Source: an uncultured Smithella sp.
Lineage (GTDB): Bacteria > Desulfobacterota > Syntrophia > Syntrophales > Smithellaceae
NCBI GenBank assembly: GCA_964547345.1
Contig: CAZJMX010000004.1
Coordinates: forward strand, 5,442 to 69,441
Length of the DNA: 64,000 bases
Direction: 5' to 3'
This document shows positions 28,158-37,252 of the stretch, in pieces. Both the position numbers and the translations under genes were made by a program. Numbering within the stretch: the first letter of the stretch is position 1; each line of letters starts with the position of its first letter. Under the pieces are notes generated by a model that made no database searches, was not told where the DNA came from, and worked only from the letters and a program-made list of their open reading frames with translations.

Positions 28158-29000
28158 ATGATGATGAACGTAAGAATATTTCAACAAAAAGATGAATTTC
28201 CGCGCTTTGTTCAAAAGCAACTTGAATGCGCGCCGATTGATTTCCGGGAAAAACATCTCTCCCTCCGCAAAGACAATGCCGCAGGCGCAAGCCATTTGGA
28301 AGCAGGCGTTGCCGTCTTGCTCCTTTACAAGAATTCCGAATATGTTTTTCAATTAATTCGGCGGTCCGATTCCGTCGCACAGGGCGGCGACATCAGCTGC
28401 CCGGGCGGCATGCTGGATCATTCGACGGATGAAATGTTAAGCCATATTTTATTCAAAACGGACATGATCCGCCGGTTTGACGGCAGTCCTCTTTCCGCGT
28501 TTCCAGGACAGGACGCCGAGAGCGCTTCCCTCATCAGGCTTTTTCTGATGAATGCCCTTCGCGAAGCCTGGGAAGAAATCGGTCTGCCGCCGTTAAACGC
28601 CGACTTTCTGGGCGCCCTTCCAACCTACTCGCTGGCTTACTTTTCCCGCACCATATTCCCTGTTGTTTGTCTGGTGCGGGAATCCTATGAGTTCCGGCTC
28701 AGTCCCGAAGTGGAGCAGGTTTTGGAAATTCCGCTTGGCTTTTTCTTCCAGGATTCTTCCTATGCGCTCGTCGAAATTGTTTCCCATTTGGGAAGTTCCG
28801 ATCCGCGATATCACATGAAATTTCCCTGCCTCGTCATTCCCGGCGATCAGGGCAAAGATGATATTCTCTGGGGTGCAACCTTTCATATTCTGATTAATTT
28901 TTTACGACTCATCACCGGCGATGAATTTTCGCCGCCTGCCTCCCCGTCGCGAATGATTCAAAAAACGCTCCCTCTGCATTACAGCTCCGGAAATCGCTGA
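28158..29000 (+). CDS. Nudix hydrolase family protein, CoA-pyrophosphatase (NudL)-like with an insertion in the Nudix box
   Basis: 280 aa. LIRRSDSVAQGGDISCPGG resembles the NuCoA motif plus the start of the Nudix box. REAWEEIGL (the REUxEExGU part) follows only about 48 residues later. Confidence 0.6.
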   Translation: MMMNVRIFQQKDEFPRFVQKQLECAPIDFREKHLSLRKDNAAGASHLEAGVAVLLLYKNSEYVFQLIRRSDSVAQGGDISCPGGMLDHSTDEMLSHILFKTDMIRRFDGSPLSAFPGQDAESASLIRLFLMNALREAWEEIGLPPLNADFLGALPTYSLAYFSRTIFPVVCLVRESYEFRLSPEVEQVLEIPLGFFFQDSSYALVEIVSHLGSSDPRYHMKFPCLVIPGDQGKDDILWGATFHILINFLRLITGDEFSPPASPSRMIQKTLPLHYSSGNR

Positions 29001-29004
29001 TGTT

Positions 29005-29312
29005 ATGAGTATCCTGTCTCTGCATTCCATCATTATCGACACGGTTATTTTCGATTTTGACGGCACCCTGGCCAAATTAAACATCGATTTTGATCATATG
29101 CGCCGTGACATTGATCATTTGATTTCTCTATACGGGGTCGATCATCAACGGCTTCAAAATGCTTATGTGCTCGAAATCATCGAACCGGTGTTCTGTCCGG
29201 TCATTTTAATGAGGAGGACTTTATCAAAGCAGGCGCGGATGTGATCCTGCCTCGGGCAGCAGACCTTTTAAACCTTTTGGAACGCCCCGAGGATCATCCC
29301 ATCTTAAGTTGA
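29005..29312 (+). pseudogene. HAD-superfamily phosphatase remnant (internal deletion with frame change)
   Basis: Frame 1 gives the N-terminus with HAD motif I VIFDFDGTLA and stops at 29244. Frame 3 from about 29211 gives a typical HAD C-terminus, EEDFIKAGADVILPRAADLLNLLERPEDHPILS, with its stop at 29310-29312. Motifs II-IV are missing. The total is about 100 codons against about 220 expected. Confidence 0.6.
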
Positions 29313-29393
29313 CATATTCGATCAAATTAGATACGAACGGACGAACAAGAATCGAAATCCCCTGCTGGATTAAAAATGAATGAGGAGAATGTT

Positions 29394-30731
29394 ATGAATC
29401 CCCATGTTTTTCGCGAATACGATGTCCGCGGCATCGTTGATAAAGATTTATACAAAGAATTTATTGTTGATCTGGGACGTGCGATAGGAACCCACGCAGC
29501 CGGAAAAAATATCAAAACCATGACCGTGGGGCGCGACTGCCGGCTTAGTTCCGACGCCTATCATCAGTATTTGATTTCCGGACTCAATGCCGCGGGGATT
29601 GACACAATCGACATCGGCCTTTGTGCGACACCGATGCTTTATTTCTCCATCCGGCATCTCAATACGGGGGGCGGAGTCATGGTAACCGGCAGCCACAATC
29701 CGCCGGAGTTTAACGGTTTTAAAATTTGCGTGGGCTATGATTCCATCCATGGTGAGCAAATTCAGGAACTGAGAAAAATCATGGAAGCGGGAAGCTACTC
29801 TTCAGGCGAGGGTTTGCCAAGCGCAAAAGAAATAACCGTCGATTACCAGAATTATCTTTTTGACCATGTGAAGGTGACTAAAAAATTAAAAGTTGTATTG
29901 GATGCCGGAAACGGTGTGGGTGGGAAATTTGGCCTGCCTGTTTTAAGGCGAATGGGTTGCGATGTCACCGAGCTTTACTGCGATCCGGACGGGCGCTTCC
30001 CCAATCATTTTCCCGATCCGACGGTTGAGGATAATTTAAAAGACCTGATTGATCTTGTTTTGCAGAAAAAAGCGGATTTAGGCATCGCATTTGACGGCGA
30101 TGCCGACCGTATCGGTGTGATCAGCGACACGGGGGAAATCATATGGGGAGACAAGCTGCTGCTTTTATTTGCCCGCTTTATTTTAAAGGATCATCCACAC
30201 GCGGCCATTATCGGCGAGGTCAAGTGTTCACAGGTTTTATACGACGGTATTAAAAAATACGGCGGGAGACCGATCATGTGGAAAGCCGGCCACTCCCTTA
30301 TTAAAGCGAAAATGAAGGAAGAAAAGGCTCTTCTTGGCGGAGAAATGAGCGGACATTTATTTTTTGCCGACCGCTACTTCGGTTATGACGATGCGATTTA
30401 CGCGGCGGTCAGGCTGCTGGAAATTCTATCCGAAACCAATCAGAGCGTCAGCGCACTGCTGGCCGATATTCCCGAAACATTCACGACACCCGAAATCCGC
30501 ATGGATTGCGATGATGATCAAAAAGCAGCGGTTGTTTCAAAAATCAAAGAACACTATCGGAATAATCCGGATGTTATTGATATCGACGGTGTGCGCATCC
30601 CGTTTCCAGACGGCTGGGCGCTGGTGCGCAGTTCCAACACCCAGCCTGTTGTTGTGATGCGTTTTGAGGCGACATCGGCTGAACGGCTGCAGGCTATTCG
30701 CAAAGAAGTGGAAAGCCTTTTGTCTGTTTAA
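29394..30731 (+). CDS. phosphomannomutase/phosphoglucomutase (alpha-D-phosphohexomutase)
   Basis: Active-site loop TGSHNPPEFNGFK, metal loop FDGDADRIGV, GGEMSGH. Start chosen at ATG 29394 after GAGGAG. The track ORF starts at 29376. Confidence 0.9.
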   Translation: MNPHVFREYDVRGIVDKDLYKEFIVDLGRAIGTHAAGKNIKTMTVGRDCRLSSDAYHQYLISGLNAAGIDTIDIGLCATPMLYFSIRHLNTGGGVMVTGSHNPPEFNGFKICVGYDSIHGEQIQELRKIMEAGSYSSGEGLPSAKEITVDYQNYLFDHVKVTKKLKVVLDAGNGVGGKFGLPVLRRMGCDVTELYCDPDGRFPNHFPDPTVEDNLKDLIDLVLQKKADLGIAFDGDADRIGVISDTGEIIWGDKLLLLFARFILKDHPHAAIIGEVKCSQVLYDGIKKYGGRPIMWKAGHSLIKAKMKEEKALLGGEMSGHLFFADRYFGYDDAIYAAVRLLEILSETNQSVSALLADIPETFTTPEIRMDCDDDQKAAVVSKIKEHYRNNPDVIDIDGVRIPFPDGWALVRSSNTQPVVVMRFEATSAERLQAIRKEVESLLSV

Positions 30732-30740
30732 AGACGCGAA

Positions 30741-31271
30741 TCAAAGACGTTGGAGAATCATATCGAGCTGCCGTAGGGCGTCTTCGAGTGTGCCGTCATT
30801 GAGAATATAGGCATCCGCCCGGGCAATGCAAACCGCAACGCCGTATTCGATTTCGCGTTGATCCCGATGATCAAAATGATCGACGGAATCATCTTCCCTG
30901 CCCCGGCTGGTCACACGATTCAAGCGCAGGTCGCGGGGCGCAAGCACTGCAATGAGCATGCATGTCGCTTGACTTCGAATCAGCTCGATCTCGGGCCATG
31001 AGCGAATGCCTTCAAGAAACACCACGTCCGCCTTTTGTTTCAAGGCTTCCTCAATCGCCAGACGCGTAACCCCCCGTCCGTCTTCCCCCCTCATCTCCGT
31101 GGAGATTCGGGCTGACGTTTCAGCATCGCCTGCACATCCTCTTTTGCGAATTTCCGCTCGGACAAAATCTCCCGTGGAGAAATGCGGATATTGGCGCATT
31201 TTCGCATATTGAGCGGCGATATTTTTCCCGGCCGCCGGCATTCCCGTAATTACGACAAGTTTCATAGTCAT
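30741..31271 (-). CDS. P-loop nucleotide kinase-like protein (UPF0200 / dephospho-CoA-kinase-like)
   Basis: 176 aa. P-loop ITGMPAAGKN. The overall layout resembles the small archaeal-type UPF0200 kinases (from memory). Confidence 0.5.
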   Translation of the reverse strand: MTMKLVVITGMPAAGKNIAAQYAKMRQYPHFSTGDFVRAEIRKRGCAGDAETSARISTEMRGEDGRGVTRLAIEEALKQKADVVFLEGIRSWPEIELIRSQATCMLIAVLAPRDLRLNRVTSRGREDDSVDHFDHRDQREIEYGVAVCIARADAYILNDGTLEDALRQLDMILQRL

Positions 31272-31491
31272 CCTAATTATGTCTCAAATTTTCAGGCATC
31301 ATACCCACATTTTTTCACAAAACAAGTTCAATATGCAATCTCCTTTTTCTCTCACCGTTCCCCTTTAATTTTTTTAAGAAATTTCTAATTTTTTTATTGA
31401 ATATTTTTTAATGTTATGCGATCTTTATGAAACTATTGAATGGGCCATGTAATATGTTGTTCAACTAAACCTTGAATAAGGAGTAGTCATT

Positions 31492-32835
31492 ATGAAAATT
31501 GTGTATCGCTTATTATTTGTTCTTTTGATCAGCATGTTTTTATTTGGTTGCGGCGACAAGACGGCCAGCATCGAAGGTAAAATCGTTGACGGCAATGGAA
31601 AGCCGCTTCCGGGTGTTTCCGTCATTTTCAAACAAGTTCAGCCTATGCAAGGCTATGAACAATTCGAAACAAAAACGGGAGCAGATGGCGTATTTAAATT
31701 GTCAGGCTTTGCCCCTTCTTCCGATTATACCCTCACGCCGATGTCGGATAAATGGAAGTCCAAGGTAACCAAGAAAATAAAAACACTGGCAGCAGGACAG
31801 AATCTCGCTTTAACGGCTCCGATCAAAATTCGTTTTCAGTACAACGTGAAAGATGGAACAATTATTGACACCAAAACGGGCTTGCAATGGAAAATATATC
31901 CGGTGAAAGACATGACAGCCGGCACGGTTTTAAGCAAGGTTAAAGGCCTGAATGAAGGTGGATTTGCTGATTGGCGCCTACCGTCCCGAGCGGATCTGGC
32001 AAGCCTCCTCGAAGAAAAAACCCCGGCCAAAACACCTGGTGGCGAACCGGCTCCGGTTGTTAAAACCTGCTGCGCCTGGATTGCAGAACCGAACTCCGAA
32101 AACGTTGATTGGAAATTCTATATTGAAGAAGACAATGATGTATGGGCGTCCAGTAAAGAAACACCTGACAATCGAATTGTGATCGTAAGAACCTCCACGG
32201 TAGCTCCCGTCGCCACTGCTCCGGGTGCTGTAAAACCGGCAGAAACCATACCGGCAGCCCCTGTAACGGCCGTCGCACCTGCTTCCGGCGACCAGGAAAA
32301 AACTCAGGCGGCAAAGACCGCACCCCCAACTGCTCCGGCAACGACCGTCGCGCCTGCTTCCGGCGACCAGGAAAAAGCTCAGGCGACAAAGACCACGCCC
32401 CCGCCGGTGTCCAAAGTGGAACCGGCCAAAATGCCGGATTCTCCGGCAAAGAAAGCGGAACCCGTCAAAGTTACACAACCTGAGAAGTCCAGCGCCAGCG
32501 AGACACTCCTCTTTGATTTAGGCAGCTCAAAACTGTCCGCTCAAGAATTGGTCAAATTAAAAACATTCTATTCTAAAATCAAGGCGGATAAAGGAACCAT
32601 CGTGATCGACGGCCATTCTGACGCATCGGCTGCGAAAAAAGCAACTGCCAGTAATTTGATGCTCTCCATTGAGCGTTCTTCCAATGTGGCCGTAGCCCTT
32701 AACAAAATAGGCGTAGGCAAAGACATCAAGCTGGAGATTCGGGCGCTGGGCGACGGCAAACCGGTCGCTTCCAATGATACGAATGAGGGCCGCAAGCTCA
32801 ATCGTCGCGTTGATGTCAGCTTTATGCCTGAATAA
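31492..32835 (+). CDS. multidomain lipoprotein: carboxypeptidase-regulatory-like + DUF1566-like + Pro/Ala-rich repeat linker + OmpA-like C-terminal domain
   Basis: 447 aa. Lipobox LFGC. IEGKIVDGNGKPLPGVSVIF. DTKTGLQWK...WRLPSRADLASL (DUF1566-like). C-terminal ...GRKLNRRVDVSF (OmpA-like peptidoglycan-binding). Confidence 0.75.
   Translation: MKIVYRLLFVLLISMFLFGCGDKTASIEGKIVDGNGKPLPGVSVIFKQVQPMQGYEQFETKTGADGVFKLSGFAPSSDYTLTPMSDKWKSKVTKKIKTLAAGQNLALTAPIKIRFQYNVKDGTIIDTKTGLQWKIYPVKDMTAGTVLSKVKGLNEGGFADWRLPSRADLASLLEEKTPAKTPGGEPAPVVKTCCAWIAEPNSENVDWKFYIEEDNDVWASSKETPDNRIVIVRTSTVAPVATAPGAVKPAETIPAAPVTAVAPASGDQEKTQAAKTAPPTAPATTVAPASGDQEKAQATKTTPPPVSKVEPAKMPDSPAKKAEPVKVTQPEKSSASETLLFDLGSSKLSAQELVKLKTFYSKIKADKGTIVIDGHSDASAAKKATASNLMLSIERSSNVAVALNKIGVGKDIKLEIRALGDGKPVASNDTNEGRKLNRRVDVSFMPE
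32269..32403 (+). repeat. 75-nt in-frame tandem duplication inside the lipoprotein linker
   Basis: Units start at 32269 and 32344. The 58-nt cores differ at 5 positions. They encode VAPASGDQEK(T/A)QA(A/T)KT. Confidence 0.8.
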
Positions 32836-32854
32836 GATAAATCGTTAATTCATG

Positions 32855-32894
32855 AAAAAAGTCCCCTGAATGCTTCATTCAGGGGACTTTTTTA
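32855..32894. terminator. bidirectional rho-independent terminator
   Basis: A6, then AGTCCCCTGAATG-CTT-CATTCAGGGGACT (13-bp perfect stem), then T6. It sits between the plus-strand lipoprotein gene and the minus-strand tRNA-Pro. Confidence 0.75.
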
Positions 32895-32898
32895 TTTC

Positions 32899-32975
32899 TG
32901 GTCGGGGCGAGGTGATTCGAACACCTGACATCCTGCTCCCAAAGCAGGCGCGCTACCAGGCTGCGCTACGCCCCG
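32899..32975 (-). tRNA. tRNA-Pro (UGG), CCA encoded
   Basis: The reverse complement is CGGGGCGTAGCGCAGCCTGGTAGCGCGCCTGCTTTGGGAGCAGGATGTCAGGTGTTCGAATCACCTCGCCCCGACCA. Anticodon loop TTTGGGA. Confidence 0.93.
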
Positions 32976-32981
32976 TATGTT

Positions 32982-33569
32982 TCATCCGACCATCAGGTGA
33001 TTCCTAAGCTTTTCAAACGCCTGTCCGCGGTGGCTGACTTTGTTTTTAATCTCCGGCGTCAATTCCGCGGCTGTTTTATTCAATTCTGCGGTTAGAAATA
33101 TGGGGTCATATCCGAAACCGTTTGTTCCACGAAATTCGTCGATAATCCTGCCTTCCCATTTCGCTTCAAATGAATCATAACGTCCCTGGGAATGGTAAAG
33201 CACCAAGGCGCAATGAAACGATGCAGATCTTTTTTCGGGCGGAACGTCTTTCAACCGCAATAGAAGTTTGGCATTGTTGTCATCGTCTGTGGCATCTGAA
33301 CCCGCATAGCGGGCTGAATAAATGCCAGGTTCGCCTCCCAAGGCATCAACCTCCAAACCGGAATCATCGGCTAAAACCGTCTCACCTGTGAATTCTGCAA
33401 TTATCCTGGCTTTCTTTAACGCATTTTCAAGATAACTTTGGCCATCCTCCACGATTTCGGGCAAAGAATCAAAACAATTCAGTGAAACCAGTTCTATCTT
33501 CGTTGAGGCAAGCATTTCAGAAATTTCTTTAACTTTGCCTTCATTCTTGGTCGCGAAAATAATTCTCAT
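32982..33569 (-). CDS. rdgB: dITP/XTP pyrophosphatase (RdgB/HAM1 family)
   Basis: 195 aa. [48 protein letters not shown]. Confidence 0.92.
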   Translation of the reverse strand: MRIIFATKNEGKVKEISEMLASTKIELVSLNCFDSLPEIVEDGQSYLENALKKARIIAEFTGETVLADDSGLEVDALGGEPGIYSARYAGSDATDDDNNAKLLLRLKDVPPEKRSASFHCALVLYHSQGRYDSFEAKWEGRIIDEFRGTNGFGYDPIFLTAELNKTAAELTPEIKNKVSHRGQAFEKLRNHLMVG

Positions 33570-34297
33570 AGGCCTATGTCGCCGATGATATCTTTCTGAC
33601 AGTCAATGATTCTCCCGATACCCTCGGTTGCCAGACGCGTCATGTCATCCAGTTGTTCTTTGCTGAAAGGATACTGCTCGGCAGTCCCCTGCACTTCAAT
33701 AAATAAACCGGCTGCGGTCATGACAAAATTCATATCGACATCCGCTTTGGAATCTTCCACATATTCCAGATCCAACAGGATCTGGTTTTCTATCATACCG
33801 ACACTCACCGCCGAGATGAAATCAATGACTGGAATCCGGTTGATCAGTCCTTCGTGTTTCATGGATTTGAACAGATCGACCAAAGCCACAAATGCGCCTG
33901 TAATGGAGGCGGTTCTTGTGCCACCATCCGCCTGAATGACGTCGCAATCGATGTAAATGGTTTTTTCGCCGTAAGCGGTTAAATCCGTTATGGCCCTGAG
34001 CGACCGTCCGATCAGTCTTTGAATTTCGTGGGTTCTTCCGCCCAGTTTTCCGCGTGTGGATTCCCTTGCGGTTCTGGTGTGCGTGGACATGGGCAGCATG
34101 GAATATTCGGCCGTGAGCCACCCCTTTCCCGTGTTTTTCAGGAAAGGCGCCGTTTTTTCTTCCAGTGAGGCGGTACAGAGAACTTTTGTGTTTCCGAACT
34201 CAACCAGAACCGATCCTGCAACATGGTGCAGATAATGATTGGTCATGCGGACGGGTCGAAGCTCATTATATTTTCTATTGAAATTTCTTGTAAACAC
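33566..34297 (-). CDS. rph: ribonuclease PH
   Basis: 243 aa. [43 protein letters not shown]. Confidence 0.95.
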   Translation of the reverse strand: MFTRNFNRKYNELRPVRMTNHYLHHVAGSVLVEFGNTKVLCTASLEEKTAPFLKNTGKGWLTAEYSMLPMSTHTRTARESTRGKLGGRTHEIQRLIGRSLRAITDLTAYGEKTIYIDCDVIQADGGTRTASITGAFVALVDLFKSMKHEGLINRIPVIDFISAVSVGMIENQILLDLEYVEDSKADVDMNFVMTAAGLFIEVQGTAEQYPFSKEQLDDMTRLATEGIGRIIDCQKDIIGDIGL

Positions 34298-34304
34298 AAT
34301 GCTC

Positions 34305-35003
34305 CTAAAAATTTTCCCGGATACTTTTAGCCAAAGCTTTAGCTATGTCCGATTGGGTTTTCACGGAACTCAGCTTTTTCTTTTCATCGGGATTCGTGGC
34401 AAAGCCCAGTTCGACGATCAGCACAGGCACAGACAGTCCCTCCACTAAAGGCGCGGAGGCTTCGCGCAATCCCCTGCCCTTGCGGGGAAATAAGGTGTCC
34501 AGATTTTTTTGAACCAGTCGCGCCAGCTTTACGGTTTCATTCAGATGTTTGTTATCAGGATTGGCAACATTGTCTTTTTTGCCTTTTTTTGTTTGATCAA
34601 CATCTTTAAACCCGGGATAATAGAGTTCAAATCCCGATGCCGTTTTGCTGAAACCGGCATTGACATGAAGGCTCAGCACAAATGCGGGCTTGAGGCCGGT
34701 TATTTTCTTTTTTCGCTCATCCAGCGATATCGTTTGATCCGAATCTCTTGTCAATATCACGTCAATATTGTGCTCTGCGGCCAGTTCTTTTTTAATCGCC
34801 AGGGCAATCGCCAGCGTCAATTTTTTTTCCTGGACGCCATCAATTCCGACAACACCGGCATCGTCTCCGCCATGCGCCGGATCAATCACAACCATAGACT
34901 TGGGACCTTGGGCACAAAGGGCGCTTCCCAGTAAAGACAAGGTTAAAACGGCAAAAAAGACAACGAGATATTTGGGTAATTTCCTGAACATCATTAAAAG
35001 CAC
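34305..35003 (-). CDS. N-acetylmuramoyl-L-alanine amidase (Amidase_3)
   Basis: 232 aa with a signal peptide. [33 protein letters not shown]. Confidence 0.88.
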   Translation of the reverse strand: MLLMMFRKLPKYLVVFFAVLTLSLLGSALCAQGPKSMVVIDPAHGGDDAGVVGIDGVQEKKLTLAIALAIKKELAAEHNIDVILTRDSDQTISLDERKKKITGLKPAFVLSLHVNAGFSKTASGFELYYPGFKDVDQTKKGKKDNVANPDNKHLNETVKLARLVQKNLDTLFPRKGRGLREASAPLVEGLSVPVLIVELGFATNPDEKKKLSSVKTQSDIAKALAKSIRENF

Positions 35004-35027
35004 CTTCCAGCATCGGGTTTGGGCCTG

Positions 35028-35055
35028 CTTATAGCAGACTGCAATTGTTTGTCAA
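35028..35055 (-). promoter_or_regulatory. sigma70-like promoter candidate for amidase-rph-rdgB-tRNA-Pro
   Basis: Minus strand: TTGACA (35055-35050), 16 nt, TATAAG (35033-35028). Confidence 0.3.
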
Positions 35056-35074
35056 CCCTCAAATGTTTTGTTCT

Positions 35075-37225
35075 TCAGGCTTTGCGGATCCTTTCAATCG
35101 AGCGGACGATTTTTAACTGCCGGATGGCTGAAAAGATCGAATTCAGCTGCTGCAAATCGTAGACATCGATCACAAATTCACAAGTGGCGATCATATCCGT
35201 TGTTTCGACCTGCGCATAGCTGATATTAATGTCAAAGGACGTGATCACTGAACTCACTTCTGTAATAACGCCTTTGCGGTCGTTGCAGACAACTCTGATA
35301 TGCACAGGGTATGCGTGCTTCTGCCGGACATCCCAATTAACTTCGACAATCCTTTCGGCATCGAGCCTTTTCAGATGGGCACAATTGAGCGTATGAACGG
35401 TAATACCCCGACCACGCGAAATATAACCGGAAATGTCATCACCCGGGATCGGATTGCAACACTTGGCAAATTTAACCATGACATCGTCAACCCCTGTGAG
35501 GCATATGCCCATAGACGGCGAGGCAGCTGATTTCTTCTTTGCTTTATCCAGTATTTTTTCATCGGTCTTGGCAGCCGGGGCTTCCGCAGCGAGAAAAATA
35601 TTGACAATCTGTTTGGGGGAAATACGTCCGTAACCGACCTGCGAAACGAGATCTTCAAGGGTAGAAAGTGAATATTCACTCAGAATTTTCTTAATCTCAT
35701 CGGATTTAATATATGAGGCAAATTTCAGATGATGTCTTTTGAACTCCCGCTCCAAAAGATCTTTGCCCAAGACCAGCGAACTTTTCTTTTCCTCCTGATT
35801 AATCCAGTTGCGGATTTTTGAGATGGCCCGGGAGGTCACTACATATTTCAGCCAGTCCTTGCTGGGATGATGTCCGCTCTGTGTAATAATTTCGATCTGA
35901 TCGCCGTTTTGCAATTGATAGCGAAGCGGCACGATGTTACGGTTCACTTTAGCGCCGACACATTTATTGCCGACGTCGGTATGGATGCTGTATGCAAAAT
36001 CAATCGGCGTCGCCCCTTTGGGAAAAGACTTCACGTCGCCCTGCGGCGTAAAGACGTAAACCTCTTCCGGAAAAAGCGCCATTTTCAGGTTGGACATGAA
36101 TTCCTTGGGGTTCTTGATGTCCTTTTGAATTTCCAGGGCTTCCCGTAGTTTTCGGATCTGATTGTCCTCACTGTCGTGAATCGCCCGTCCTTCCTTATAG
36201 CGCCAGTGTGCGGCAATGCCTTTTTCCGCCCATTCATGCATGGCCCGGGTCCGGATTTGTATTTCGACCCGCTCGCCGTAAGGCCCGATGACCGCCGTAT
36301 GCAGCGATTGATAGTTATTAGCCTTGGGCATGGCGATGTAGTCTTTGAAACGTCCGGGAATCGGTTTCCATAAGGCATGCACAATGCTCAGCGCTTCATA
36401 GCAAGTTCTTTCCACATCGGAATCCAGGATGATGCGGAAAGCAATGACATCATAAACTTCATCGAAGTTAATGTGCTGCTCATGCATTTTTTTATAAATA
36501 CCATATAAGTGTTTGGCCCGGCCTTCCACCTCCCCTTTGACATCGACTTTGCCGAGTTCGTTGAAGATGATGGTTTTAACTTCCTCGGTATAACGGTTGC
36601 GGGATTCATTGGATTTGACAACACGGGTGGATATTTCCTTGAAAGCATCGGGGGATATATACTGAAAAGCCAGATCTTCCAACTCCATTTTCATCCAGTT
36701 GATTCCCAAGCGATTGGCCAGCGGCGCATAAACGTCCATCGTCTCTCGCGCGATGTAAATCCTACGGTCAGGGGATTGATACTGGAGTGTGCGCATGTTG
36801 TGAATACGGTCGGCCAGACGCACCATTAGAATACGGATATCCGCAGACATGGCCAGAATCATTTTGCGGAAGTTCTCGGCCTGTCTTTCCTCCTGAGAAC
36901 CAAAGGAAATGCGGCTCAATTTCGTAAGTCCACTCACCAGAAAGGCGACGTCCTTGCCGAATTCCGTCTCGATTTGTTCTTTTGTAGTTAGCGTGTCTTC
37001 AATCGTATCATGCAAAAGACCGCTGATGATCGTAGCCGAATCCATCTTCATATCCGTCAGGATGCCAGCCACTTCCATCGGATGTGTGAGATAAGGCTCG
37101 CCGGATAAACGAACTTGTCCCTGATGCACTGTTGCCGAGTAAATATAGGCCTTTTCGATCATCTCCAGCTCTTCGGCTGTCAGATAGGCCTGGACTTTAT
37201 CCAGAATGTCCGTAATTCTTAACAT
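35075..37225 (-). CDS. relA: bifunctional (p)ppGpp synthetase/hydrolase (RelA/SpoT homolog)
   Basis: 716 aa. HD hydrolase motif HPMEVA...LHDTIEDT, synthetase region YQSLHTAV, TGS and ACT C-terminal domains. Confidence 0.95.
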   Translation of the reverse strand: MLRITDILDKVQAYLTAEELEMIEKAYIYSATVHQGQVRLSGEPYLTHPMEVAGILTDMKMDSATIISGLLHDTIEDTLTTKEQIETEFGKDVAFLVSGLTKLSRISFGSQEERQAENFRKMILAMSADIRILMVRLADRIHNMRTLQYQSPDRRIYIARETMDVYAPLANRLGINWMKMELEDLAFQYISPDAFKEISTRVVKSNESRNRYTEEVKTIIFNELGKVDVKGEVEGRAKHLYGIYKKMHEQHINFDEVYDVIAFRIILDSDVERTCYEALSIVHALWKPIPGRFKDYIAMPKANNYQSLHTAVIGPYGERVEIQIRTRAMHEWAEKGIAAHWRYKEGRAIHDSEDNQIRKLREALEIQKDIKNPKEFMSNLKMALFPEEVYVFTPQGDVKSFPKGATPIDFAYSIHTDVGNKCVGAKVNRNIVPLRYQLQNGDQIEIITQSGHHPSKDWLKYVVTSRAISKIRNWINQEEKKSSLVLGKDLLEREFKRHHLKFASYIKSDEIKKILSEYSLSTLEDLVSQVGYGRISPKQIVNIFLAAEAPAAKTDEKILDKAKKKSAASPSMGICLTGVDDVMVKFAKCCNPIPGDDISGYISRGRGITVHTLNCAHLKRLDAERIVEVNWDVRQKHAYPVHIRVVCNDRKGVITEVSSVITSFDINISYAQVETTDMIATCEFVIDVYDLQQLNSIFSAIRQLKIVRSIERIRKA

Positions 37226-37252
37226 GAAGATTTCCGGTCTGTCGAACGACGA

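Noticed and set aside
31424-31437. 14-mer TTTATGAAACTATT shared with 48876-48889
   Set aside because: A single 14-nt match between two AT-rich intergenic regions is within chance expectation for a 64-kb window read on both strands. The contexts are unrelated: the genes are on different strands.
32269-32403. Direct repeats that could be mistaken for a mini CRISPR-like array
   Set aside because: There are only two units, directly adjacent without spacers, in frame inside a CDS, and they encode a Pro/Ala-rich linker.
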